A stretch of 64,000 nucleotides of DNA. Source: the human T2T-CHM13v2.0 reference genome, Homo sapiens. Positions 14,185-27,080 of the stretch are shown piece after piece. Position 1 is the first letter of the stretch, and each line of letters begins with the position of its first letter. The stretch lies in NCBI RefSeq assembly GCF_009914755.1, contig NC_060936.1, one strand, 5' to 3'. Made by a program: the position numbers and the translations under genes. The notes under the pieces were generated by a model that saw nothing but the letters and a program-made list of their open reading frames with translations, searched no databases and had not been told where the DNA came from.

Positions 14185-14204
14185 CAACAGGAGATAGTGT
14201 GCAT
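14185..14204 (-). CDS. Putative alternative SOX5 N-terminus or uORF, MHTISCW, ending at an upstream alternative donor
   Basis: Minus strand reads AGA ATG CAC ACT ATC TCC TGT TG|GTAAGT: 20 nt, phase 2, consensus donor at 14184-14179. Confidence 0.5.
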
Positions 14205-14209
14205 TCTTC

Positions 14210-14258
14210 ACACACGCATGCACACACACACACACACACACACACTCACTCACGCACG
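14210..14258. repeat. (CA)n microsatellite within or next to the alternative first exon
   Basis: Direct. Confidence 0.92.
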
Positions 14259-14269
14259 CTCTCCACTCC

Positions 14270-14700
14270 TACTGGGAGGGTTCATTCTGCACAAAAGGCT
14301 ACATTACAGAGCCCGCCCCAATAAGGGAAAGAGAGGAAAAAAAAGCCTTCCATTGTTGAGAGGGCAGGTCAGTTGATTAGATTTTCTGTGGAGAATTCCA
14401 CGAGGAAATTCCCTTCAAAGCCGAAGTGATTAACTGGGGGCTATTCTGGAAATGGAGCAGACAATGGCTCAATAGTCTGTACAGCCAATGTCCAGGCTGG
14501 CACTGAACTCACTTAAAAAAAAAATAAAAGCCAGACTCCCTGTTCTTTTCCACACATTCCTCCCCCCCAACCCCCTCCACTCCTTCCAACTTCCCCTCCC
14601 AATTCCTTTTATTTTGCAGCTGGACAACATTAAGGGCCTTTAAAACCACAAGGGTTGACCCCACGGCAGTTTGATTAGGTCCCACTTTTTTTTCTGGAGA
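14270..14700 (-). promoter_or_regulatory. Promoter of the upstream alternative SOX5 first exon
   Basis: GC box plus CCAAT (cccgccccaat, ~14312-14322), SOX motifs (ccattgtt ~14350, acaatgg ~14461), kB site ggaaattccc at 14404-14413, TCF/LEF-like cttcaaag at 14413-14420, and a C-rich tract at 14560-14600. Confidence 0.65.
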
Positions 14701-17700
14701 CAGGCAAACAGTAAGTTTACTTTTTTAGACATTCACAGTGATACATCATACACATATTCCAAAGAGAAAAAAATCAATTATGAACTTATATTAGTAAATT
14801 TATTCTTCATTCAAAGCTTATAAATTTTTAGACAAGTTGATAATAACTTAATATTTAATTCTATCATCAGGAGATGTTCTAAAAATATATATATACTCAC
14901 ACACACACACACTACAAAATCAATGTGGAATAAGATTTAAGCATGTCACTATGGAGTTAAGACACTAACAAAACATAGAACTATGACCCACCCTGAAAAA
15001 GCTGTTAACAAGGGATGTGGCAAAAATGACTTGATGCTGACATGATTTTCACTTTCAGCAGTTGGGGAAGGGGGGAAGAATATTACTCACTATTCTTTCT
15101 TGTTGTTAGTCTCAAATTATTTTTTGTTACAGCAACAACCTACTCCCACACAGAAAAATGAAAAAATTGTTGCATTTATTTTAAATCTCTATTTTTTCAG
15201 CCCTTAAGGGACCTACAATCTAATACACTCTAATGGATAATGTATACAAAAATTATATTTTTCTTCATTTGTTAATGGTTGTTATGAGAATTAGGGTATA
15301 GTAGCTGCATAGCTATATACACTTTTAAAAATATTTAAAATTTTTTTCCTACCTAGGAAAAATCTTGCTTATCTTATATCAATAGAGAAAAAAAGTGAAG
15401 AAGGAGGATGGGTGAGTTACAGGGAGCCATGGGAGTGGAGTCAGGAAGAGGAGGAGGCGGGAGGAGAGGACGCAGAGAGAGCACAAGGAGACATAGTGGC
15501 AGCATAAAGATAGAAACAAAGATAATGGCCATAAGGCAGGATGCTGAGATCCGTATGGTCCCAGCTGCTGTCTTGCTACAGCTACTACCTCTGGTTGTTT
15601 CTTTGAAACTCTAATCTAGAAGGTCACCAGAGCAGGTAAGAAAGAGTATGAGTGTTTGAGGCCAACTATAGTATAAAGAAAAGATACTCATATTAGAATC
15701 TTCCTTATATTTGATTTTGATTTTATTGGCACTTAATATATGTATACATCTGTACATATGCCAAATAAACACAAAGAATATAGAAGAGAATGTTAAATGG
15801 TTTGAAAGTTAGTTTTTTGACTTCAATATATTCTGCAAACATTACTGTAGCCATTCAAAAGACAAATTATTTCTTGCACAATCATCTATGCTGAAGGAGT
15901 TGAAATAGACGAGGAACTAGACAGAAAATTTGCCAAATAATGATCATCCTAATAATGATAATTTGAACTAATGGAACTCTAAGATCATAAGGAATTTTGT
16001 TCACATAAATTAGCTCATGGATCTTACAGAGTAGAAAGGGGTAGGTATGTATTTCCCTAATTTTCCCACTGTTTAACTTGGGCAAACAGAATTTAAAGTC
16101 ATTCAACTGGTTAGTAGCCCATTTGTTGCTTGAAGCCACTTCTATCTATTTCACTTATGACACCATAATGCAGAATAAACTGATACTCCAGAATTTATAG
16201 TTAGATGAAAATCCCAAGATGGTACTCATACTTTAAGTGACCTGAAAGGCTTTCAGGTAATTGTTATAAAAAATAAAATTTATAAAAGCTGTCATTAAGC
16301 TAATACTGTATATGATGGTTTAATTGAATATTTTAAAATGTACCTCTCTAAGCCATAAAAGTTTTCTTTCATTTGAATCCTATATTGAAAATTAGCATTT
16401 CTGTCAGACTTTAGAATATCAGCAAAAGGAAAGACTGTTCCAAAATGTTTTGGTTAAATTTTGTCTTGGGTTATTTCATTAAATGATCAAAATGATCCAA
16501 TCAATACAATGTTTAATATTAAAATACTGTTAATTGAATCTTTTAAATTTTGCATTAAACGTTAAAATGTTTAAATATTAAATATGTGTTCATGACTAGC
16601 GCATCTATTAAACCCAAATTCTTTTTCAATTATCAGAAAAGCTTAAGATATTCAATTGACTATAGATATTCTTTACATCACAACTAATACCGCAATGTGA
16701 TGTTTGTTAAGGTTTCAAAATACATCTGGGTTGAGACATACTTTTGCACTCACTTAACATCTATTAAATGCTTACCAATATGTTAAGTGCTATGGCTTTA
16801 ATAAAAGAATTTTAAAAAGTTATAACAATTCTAATTATATATATGTATATAAAACCAAATTTCAAATCAATTTTTGAGTATTCAAGCCTTCTGAGGCAGA
16901 TGTAGTGAGAAAAGTTAAAACAAAAATAAAAAAGCAAATGAACAAAACATAGTGCTAAGAACTGAATAATACATAAAATGGTAAATAAGTATGATCTACA
17001 AGCACAGATACACAAATAAAATATATTTTCAGAGATGACCAAAGTGCAACAGTAACCCAATAAAAGTTTTACATTGAATGAGTCTTTTTGACACTGCCGC
17101 ATCGGTATAATGGAAAATGGAATGAACATGAAAAAGTATGCTTTTGAGCTCATGTTGTTTCCATTGCAGATATAAAAAGGGGATTGACACAGGCTAAGGA
17201 ATATAAGATATGCTAGAGAACACTGCTGGAAAATTCTCAAAGAGACTATCAAGAACTTTTAAAATCACAAACAAGTTATTTTCAAATTTAACCCCTTTTC
17301 AGGTATAGTTTCCAGCATGCATTTCTACTGTTTTTGTCCTCATTTTAAAAGGATATATTTTCATTCCTCTATTTTAGATCAGAATCATTAAGTATCTTCT
17401 ATTTTAATACCTGAAATAAAAATATGTGGTCATAGGTGCAAATTACACTTCCATATTTGATATGAATTCCTACCATCACCCTAGTTTTCACATCTCATAG
17501 AATTTGGAAAACTTATTTTGAGAAATAAAACTCTTAATATTATAATCACAATGTATTTAAAGCATATCAGTGTCAGACAATACTAACATTTTATTGCCTT
17601 AAGGTGACACAATGAGCATTAAGAAAATGCCTTTTGCCTGTGCTGTTATTTACTTTGTCACAAAAAATTAAAATTAAAAAGAGGACACTTCCTCTTTCAA

Positions 17701-19547
17701 AAAAAAAGAAAGAAAGAAAGAAAGAAGGAAACTTCCAACCAATGTACATCTGTGAGTCATTCACCAGATGCCTGGTGAGCTCACTATTGACCTATCACAT
17801 GTAGCTTAAAACTCTTAGACTAGTGTCTTGTAATAGTGGACTTCTTCAAAAAATACCTTAGGCATTCTATAGCCTATCTTCTTTTTTAAAGACCTAAAAT
17901 TCAGTCCCCCATAATACATGTATGCCAAGGAACTGGTACACAATAGCCTACAAATTCAAGGTTTTTCTAACTTCATACTCTTTCTATTGTCAGTTGGTTA
18001 GAATACACAGATGAATTGTTCTCAGATTGCATATTTGAAGAAACAGTGTTCTTCAGAAACACCTTCACCTTAGAAACTCTAGTTTCATACTTCTCTCAAA
18101 GAAATGATGTCATTTCCAGTAACTGCTTTCACTGTTTGATCTTAGGATTTAACTTCTTATTCAGAATAACTTGAAATAATTTTAAATAAAAGCTTTTATT
18201 TTATGAGGAATTTCTATCTATATGATACATAATAAAAGCCATTATCTCATTTAATAGTCAAAACAACTAAATGCGATATGTAGACTTATCCCAATTACGA
18301 ATGAGGAAGTCCCAAAACTAGTAAGTGCAGGGCTGGAGAACATCAAAATTATTAATATGCCATATTTTCTGCATAGTTTTTAAAGGCAATGAATTTTAGT
18401 TCATCTCAAATACAGCATAATGGCAATTAAGTATAGAGTATACAGGAAAGTGCTTCATAAGTATGTTTCTATGGTAACCAAATGCCCAAATTTTGGACAA
18501 AGTTAGGATGAGCAATGACTGTCCCACTTTCACAAATAACATAAAAGATAGTTCATTCACACAATTAAAACAGAGAAGAATAGTATTCTTATCTCATTTG
18601 TAGTGATAACAATCACCAGAACTAGTACTACTCTTCACGTAATTTGGCTCTATTTTTAAGAATAATTTCTAAAATAGGTTTCCTTGCCTAATACGTTTAC
18701 AAGTTTCACAATCTCAGGTAAAACCCAGGGGCCAATTTTCTGGTCCCCATGTAACTCCTTTGCAACGGAATTTCTGTCTTATAGAAAGAATCGATTATTT
18801 CAGGCAAAGGTTGTCAATTAGGAAAATAAGACCTACTCAATTTATGCTTTTCAATTTATTTTTTTACTCTCTACACTATCAACTCTCCTTGTGATACACA
18901 TGGTGATGTCTAATGGTTTGTTCGCTTATGAAGATGAAAATGATGTAACTCAATCACCCTCGTGGTAAAAATCGGAAGGTTTCTTTTGAGTAAAAAAAAA
19001 AAAATCCATATAACCCATAAGAAGAAAAACCATTCAAGTGGGATCATACAAATAAAAGTGCTCTTGGCCTTCAAACTTTCTGCATTGTAATTTTTCAACC
19101 TGGAAAGTAATTCAGGGAACATCCTGCAAGACATTTTACCTAGAGGTAGCAGCAAAGTGAAAAGTGGCTCCATTATCTTGCTACAATGTAGTTTTGTTAG
19201 GTAACATTCTTGTTAGGTAATGTCTATAAAATATTTTAGTACACAACATTCAGAGAGGTTTTCCCACCGTGAATGTATACATTTCATTTATTAACTAATC
19301 AGAGGAGAAATGAGAGTTAAACCTGAGGTAAGTATGAAAATGTTTGAAAAATTTCCTTCATTTTTCAGTTGACTACATTTGTCTATTCTCCATATTCTCC
19401 TTTGCTTGTATACTAAGTGAATGACAAATCTTATTCATAGTAAAGGAGAATGTTGCCTATTAACAATGTTCAGTCTACTTGTATCTAGCACAGTATAGGG
19501 GAAGAAATCATGGCTAAGCTGAAAGTTAGGAAACCTGTGCTCTAAGG

Positions 19548-19873
19548 CAGGGATCTCCAACCCCCAAGGCCAGTACTGGTCCATGTCCTGTTATGAACCA
19601 CAGCAGGAGGTGAGCAGTGGGCATTATCACCTGAGCTCTGCCTCCTGTCAGATCAGAGGCAGCATTAGATTATCATAGGAAGGCAAAACTTATTGTGAAC
19701 TGTGCATGTGAGGGATCTAGGTTTCACTCTTGAGAGTCTAATGCCTGATGATCTGAGGTGGAACCATTTAATCTCAATGCCATACTCCCACCTCACCTAA
19801 CCTCTCCCACCCCCATGGAAAAATTGTCTTTCATGAAACTGGTCCCTGATGCTAAAATGGTTGGGGACTGCTG
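19548..19873 (+). mobile_element. MER1B (hAT-Charlie MITE)
   Basis: TIRs cagggatctccaacc / ggttggggactgctg; internal 'gagctctgcctcctgtcagatcag...gcattagatt'; 8-bp TSD ctctaagg/cactaagg. Confidence 0.85.
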
Positions 19874-19926
19874 CACTAAGGGAGCCTCTATTACTCCTTC
19901 CTTATTAATGCAATGGTCTTGCCTAA

Positions 19927-20213
<287 letters not shown>

Positions 20214-23133
20214 ATTGCCTAAGTCTTTAATGTCTCAGAGAATGTGATTTCTAAGGTCCCTTTCAATTACAAACTTCTGTTTCTATAATCTCTTCTTTGA
20301 TAAATCAATTTATCATTTCAAAAATAAAATTTCTTGCCTTCCTAAGTCCTTCTTTACAGTTTTAAGACTATTACTTGTAGTTGACAGTTTATTTTGGCCT
20401 TCTAAACTATGGCATAATTCTACATTCATACAGCAATATAAGACAGTGAGGAAAATAAACTGTTACTAATTAAAGTTAATGTATATAAGTTCATTTAAAT
20501 TAAAATGACCAGGATAACTTAATTGGTCCCCCAAAAAATGATGTTTTCAAAACTAATTTTATGACTAAGTTCATCTATTTGTGATTCTGAAAAAATTTCG
20601 TGCCTGAGATTTTAGTTTCTCCAAGTACAATTATATTTATTAGCATTACTTAATTCAGTGAAATAATTAAAAGCAGTTTAGTCTCTTACTACAGTAAATA
20701 CCTCACGTGTGTGATGGAACTGTGATTGGCGTAGGGGGGAATAAATACAAGGGTTGTTGTCTCTATCAAAAATTTCAAAATATCAAATGACAAGTTCAAA
20801 AGCAAACTAAAAAGTTGTAATGTTAGAAATCCTGACAGGCAAACTGTGTTCAAGAAAACCTAGTTGTTATAATGCATTGTGTGGACACTCTGAAGAGCTG
20901 CTTCCATATAGACAACTTGCTTTTTTCATGCGGTTGTTAATAAAATGACTTACTGCCACAATTTAGAAAATAATTCAGAAGGACTATGCACAGGATGAAA
21001 ATATAATATACGCATTACCAAATGAATGTAATCATTCAATTACTCAACAAGCATTTATAGAATCTTAAATTTATACCCGTATTTTAAATCATCTATATAT
21101 TAAAATCTTAATGTATAAACTGCATATTTTCATAAATAAGAAAAAAGATAAATTAATGTTTGTAATTTGCCCTGATGCTGAAGAACTGCTTGGGTATCAA
21201 ATGGTATATTACTATTTGAAAAACACCTAACTGTTAATACCCCTAAATAAATCATGGGTCTATAATCAGAAATATTTATTTTTAAATCTTGCATAGAGTC
21301 AAAGTGTAGACTAGAAAACTATAAGCATTTGTAAAATATACCAGTATCCTAAGCACATCTTAAAAAAATAAAAACATATATCTAAGGTCATCAATACTCT
21401 TCGTGGTACAGAAACCCAACTTCAGATTTACTCAGTTTTCATAACTGGGCCATTATTCTTAATCTTAGTAAACAAATCAACTTAATAAGCATTGTTCTTA
21501 TATTGAGTGTGTGCCCTGAATTTTATGAGGCATACTGAGAAAAAAGGAAAGAATCAATACACTTAATGGTTTTTTTTCTGACCATCTTTTCTGGGCAGAG
21601 TACTCTCATAAAAGGTAGAAATGCAAAAATAAACTTTTTTCATGGAATTATGACCTAGTCCAGTATATGGACATCCTAGTCTGCTTCATTAACAATTATC
21701 AAGTTCTTATAACTAGAAATCAATAATTTTCACACAGATTAATTTAATTTTTAACAAATCTAAATAAAAATACAAGGACAAAAATTAACTAGCTTCTGAT
21801 TTCACAGCTTGTAAGAGGCAGAAAAACAATTTGAACCAAAGTCTTTTGATTACAAACCTAGTGTCTATTTCACTAGGAATTGACGCTAGGTTTCTATAAG
21901 AAAGCCTATCTAAAATATACAATAAAATTATAAAAGTGTTATTTTATAAACAAAATTATGTGGGGATTTTAAGTAAAAAAAAAAAAGATATCAAACTGAG
22001 ATGACCAACTTCTAAACTTTGAGAATTTAGAATTAATTTGTTATACTTAGTAAAATATATATTAAAGAATCAATTTAAAACCCCCAGAAACCCTATGAGA
22101 ATTTAGAATTACTGTGGGGAACAAAAGTAATATGTAGAAATCAATATCTTTCATATATATGATAACACCTAGTCATTAGAGATAATGGGGAAAAGACCCC
22201 ATTAGCATTGGTAACATAGACAAAATATCTATGATGAACTCATTCACATACAAGACCTATTTAAAGAAAGCTTTAATACAATATGAAAAGACATACCAAG
22301 TTCCTCAATAGGTAGCATCAATGTCATAAAAATATCAATTCTTCCTAATTTAATGTATAAATGTAATGAGTTCAAAATTAAAATACTATCATATTTAAAG
22401 CACTAAATAAATTAATTCAAAATTTATATAAAATTAAACAAGAATAATCAGACAAATTTTGCAAAAGAAAAAGAATGAGGGCTTAATTTACTAGAAATTA
22501 AAACATAATGTAGAATCTCAATGAAGAAAACAATGTAGTATTGAATGAATTGAAAATACAATGGAATAAAAAGAATATAGAGAAAAAACCTAAACACATA
22601 GAGAGAATTTAGTGTACACTGTTAGTCAATACTATAGATGGCATTCAACAAAATGCCCTATATGCTCAAATATCTAAACATAAAGAATAAAATCATAAAC
22701 TATTAGAAGGGAACATGAGTGAACTGAAATATAATCTTAAAGAAGAGAGAGTCTTACTAACAATGGATCAAAATCCACAAGCCATAAAACAAAAGATTTA
22801 TAAATCCAGCTATATAAACACCAAAAACTTGAAAGTGACAAAAGGCATCTATAGAAATAAAAAGACAACAATGACGATATCTAAGGAAAGGGCTACCCCC
22901 TCCATGATCTATAAAGAGCTCTTTGAAATCAATGAGAAAAAGATCAACAAGTCAATAGTAAAATAAGCAAGCAATACAAATTGTTCAAAGAAAAGGAAAT
23001 AGAAAGTGTCCTTAAATAAGATGAAAGATGCTCAACATCTTCCATTATAATGAAAAATGCAATTTTCAACTACTATATGACAATTTTTTAAATAAACTAT
23101 CAGCTTGGTAAAATATAAAAACTTATAGGAACA

Positions 23134-23525
23134 TTGTATTAGACTATATCATTCATTTCATAATTTGTTTTCTCCCTTGCAATACTTCCCTGCAGATAGA
23201 GTTTACTTCCTACACCTATTGACTTTATCTCAGACATAGCACTTGCTTTAGTCAATGCAGTATGTTAATGTTTGATTTGGCTCAGCCACCTTCTCTTATT
23301 CTTGTTTTCCACTGTGAAACCAGCATATACCAAGCAGGGGTTAGTCCACCACCCTGGGTCCTAGAAGAAAAGAATTGGAGAGAAACGGACCCCAGCCATG
23401 TCCAATCAAGCCAACATGCATCTGACCCAGAGCCAAACCAGAGCCCACATATGTTTACACAAGAAGAGAAAAAGTAAGCCACAGAGAGAACGGGGTTGTT
23501 AACACAGCAAAAGCTTACACACACA
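23134..23525 (+). mobile_element. MLT1-family MaLR LTR inserted in L1
   Basis: TG...CA ends; 'acttgctttagtcaatg', 'ccctgggtcc', 'aagccacagaga...ggggttgttaacacagcaa'. Confidence 0.6.
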
Positions 23526-23712
23526 CTGTGTTTGTGACCTACGTAAAGTGGCACTCTTATATATTACTAGTATAAATGTATACTGAAACAAGCTTTATGG
23601 ATGGCAATTTGGAAATGCCTACCAAAATTACAAATGCAATTCTACTTCTGGTAATTTATGTTAGAAATATGCTTTCACACATGATATATGCTTACACATG
23701 TGAATCCATGTT

Positions 23713-23791
23713 TTATATATATATGTTTTATATATATTTATATACATATATATTTATATACATATATATATATATACATATATATATATAT
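23713..23791. repeat. Imperfect (TA)n
   Basis: Direct. Confidence 0.9.
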
Positions 23792-24559
23792 GAAGTCAGT
23801 TACCATAATAGCAAAGGATTACTAAGAACCTGAAGTCCACTAATTAGGGATACAACAACACAATGGAATACTACACAGCTGTTAACAAAAACAAGGAACT
23901 TATCTATACACTGATATAAAAAGATATTCAATATATAAATTGATATATATTAAGCGAAAAAAACAAGGTAGGTAACTGAACACCAATTCATATAGTACAA
24001 AATGTGTAAAAATTAGACATCAAATTTCCTTTTGCTTATGTGTGGGTAAGAAAACTTCAGAAAGGCACACAGAAAACTAAATTAAAATGGTTATAATGGT
24101 GGGAGTAGGAGGAAGTGGGAACTGGACAGATAGGGGACAGGTGTGAGATTAAAACTTTTCACTGCATATATTTTGAACTTTTTATATATTTTGTATTTTT
24201 TCTTTGCTTTGAATGTGAAGCTAATCTACTATGTTTTTTAAAAGTTAAATATACATCTAATTAAACTACAAACTATCCAGTGGTTGCCTATCAACTATAC
24301 ATAATGTTCTTCAAATTGAGATCTGCAGACCCCGGATAGCTGTTTTCAGATGCCTGAAAGTTACATTTTTATTATTAAAAAATTATTTCACCTGTTAGAA
24401 TGACCAAAATTCTCATTTCTAATGATAATCCTGAATTTATTTTCTTAAATTAGAATTTTAGTTTCTGAAATAAATGTTTAATTGAGATTCAAACACCCTA
24501 TTGAATATACTCTATAATTTTTTTAAAGAAGTTTGTATAACTCAAGTTTGGGAGGTGAA

Positions 24560-24995
24560 AACTGACATTATAAATCAAAACTGCTTAAAACATATCATAT
24601 ATGATTGTTCATGCTCTGGCCTGGCCTCCTTACCCAGCCTCATCTCTCCCTACATATCATGAATTTCATGTTCTAGGTACACCAAACTGGTATAGTTGCT
24701 GGCACACAGCCTGTTGTTTCTTTCCAACAAGCTTTTGTCTGAACTGTGCATTACTCTTGGAGTATCTTCCCCCCTTCCCTTCTCCCAATTTATAAGGCTA
24801 ACGTCTACTCATCCTTAAAGATTTGTTGAGGTATCACCCCCTATTGGAATCTTATCCTAATCCATCACCTGTCACTCTTCTTCTGTAACACCCAGTAGAA
24901 CATAAATTCCCACCACTCACCTATAAGCTATATAAAAATAAATGCTTCTTTTTCATTATTGTATCCTCAAGACCATTTCACAGCATTGTATGTAG
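24560..24995. mobile_element. L2 fragment
   Basis: 'ctggcctggcctccttacccagcctcatctctc' and 'ctactcatccttaaag' are typical of L2. Confidence 0.55.
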
Positions 24996-26868
24996 TACCA
25001 CTGCACTCTTTACCAGAAGAAAAAATCAGAAGACTTCAGGACCCTATTTGTGTATCCTGGTATTCCTAGGCCATTCCATAATCTGTTTCTCAAGATTAGA
25101 ATATGCTCTTCCACTTTCAACATTACATGTAAGTTTAAATATTACTTCCTCAAAGAAGAGAGATTAAAACAGAAGAAACAACATGTAGTGAAGTACCAAT
25201 GTCCATTGACAACAGTGATGTTATTAACAGAAGTTTGGAAATTGGAAACTTTTGGTGGAAAAAGTGATAAGTTACATTGAATTTCACATAATGGTAGAGC
25301 ATCTGGTAGAGGTTTCCAATGCAGAGATGGAAATATTACACTGAAGTGTGTAAAAAAAAGTGTGATATTTTATTTCATGAGTATAAAAGACTGTGTGAGA
25401 AGGTGAGTAAAGCACTAAATTAGAAAGGATAAGAAAGAACAAACACCACAAAGAGTTAAACAAACAAAAAAAAAGACCTACTTGAAAAGCCATTAATTTG
25501 GACAATTAGATAGTCAGTGGTGACAGAGACTCTTAAAAGACCAGGAGAACAGGGTTCATCTCAGGCAAAATGGAACCATAAATTCTATAGCCCTCCCTCA
25601 CCCCATGTAAACCACACACGCAAACACACAGACGCAGGTACGCACGCAAGCAAATGTTTCATTCCTTTCAATAAGAAAACATAGGGTCTCCACGTTAAAA
25701 ATTATACATTAAAAAGGAACAAATGAAGGCATACTCCAGGAAAAATACACTGATGAAAGAAACAATGCTGAAATTTAAAAATGTCTAAAATATTTGAGAA
25801 AAAATAATGGACTAGCCTCTGCTTTCATAACATAACGGACCTCTTTATTAATTTTATAATGGCAATAATCCTGTCAAATACAACTGCCATTCCATTTTTC
25901 CATGTGTCCAGATGCTATTTTTGCAATTAGGCAGGCACTGCTATTTTGATTGCATTTAAAGTGATCAAATATGCAATTGCCCACTGTTGTCCTTTTCTTC
26001 TAGTATGAACGATTTGAGTCTTATTTTTGATCTAAAAATATTCCATTTACATCTCTTTGTTGATAGATTTTCCTGTTGCTTTATTTCAAGGTACTGTAGA
26101 AATCATTAGTGACATTATGCCAAGGGCTGAACTTCATAAGCAACCCGAACATTTTGATTCACTGAAAAAAACCCCTCAATTCACTAAAAGAAAATGTAAT
26201 AATGATCCTGTCCAATTAAAACTGTTAAATTAAATGAATAGAATCTAATGATTTCCCCTTATCATTCTGATATTCTAGAGGCATGGCAGGGGAAAAATAA
26301 ATACCACCACATATGTTAAAGATGACCAGCCATTTCTGGTTTAAAGAAAGCAAACAAATTATTTTATAAGGAAACTGCACGATTTCATAAAAGAATACTT
26401 TAATGGATGTATCTAAGTACCAAAAACCCAAATAACCTCTAAATTAAAACATATTTAATTCTTAACCCAGTTGGCAAATAGGAATCTATCCAACTAACAT
26501 GCTGACAAAACACAGGAGAATATAGGAAATGCTGCCTGAGCATTAGGCTAGTCATGAAAACTCAAAGGAGACATCACTTATGTTCTATTACTTCAAAAAG
26601 AGTAAATTTATCTCATTTCTATTTCTCTATAATTCCAGTCAAATTCCAGTCAAATACATATAATCATGCTTTTCCCTCACATATCTGCAGTTTTTTTAAA
26701 TTATAAAAGCAGATGCAGGATTCAGGGGAATGTCCTTGATCCTTGAATCTGGCATTTCCATATAGGAGCAAAATTCAGTATCAGGGAGGACTAGGCAGGT
26801 TAATTTAACAACCTGACTTTAGAGAGCATTCAGGGATATTATCAACAGAATTACAACAACCGACTAAA

Positions 26869-27080
26869 TCCTGAGTCTAGCATACATGCATGCAGGCATG
26901 CATGAATGAAGTACAAAAAAATTGGAAGACTACACATTCTATACAATGGATAGTTTTTGGATTAGGGGTCCTGAGTCTAGTATACATGCAGGCAGGCATG
27001 CATGAATGAAGTAAAAAAAAAAAAAAAAAAAAACTGGAAGGCTATATATTCCATACAATGGATAGCTTTTGGATTAGAGG
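26869..27080. repeat. Tandem duplication of a 100-bp unit
   Basis: tcctgagtctag...ttggattag(g/a)gg starts at both 26869 and 26969. Confidence 0.95.

Larger units (their letters stand above)
22060..24250 (+). mobile_element. Old L1M (L1ME-like) ORF2 3' part and 3' UTR, interrupted by an MLT1 LTR
   Basis: A-rich degenerate L1 ORF2 motifs ('aaaagatgctcaacatc', 'caatggaatactacacagctgtt', 'tggcaatttggaaatgcctaccaaaatt'). Confidence 0.75.

Noticed and set aside
13525-14324. Several 83-119 aa ORFs in the promoter region
   Set aside because: Products of higher GC and (CA)n repeats; only the short phase-2 exon ends fit SOX5.
15340-15420. Minus-strand tttttcctAG|GTagga, possible recursive splice site
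   Set aside because: Several competing AGs immediately upstream and a short pyrimidine tract.
16812-17252. Longest ORF in the track (146 aa)
   Set aside because: F/L/I/C-rich composition typical of chance ORFs in AT-rich DNA; no recognisable domain or splice context.
22715-22966. 83-aa Lys-rich ORF
   Set aside because: Degenerate L1 ORF2 remnant.
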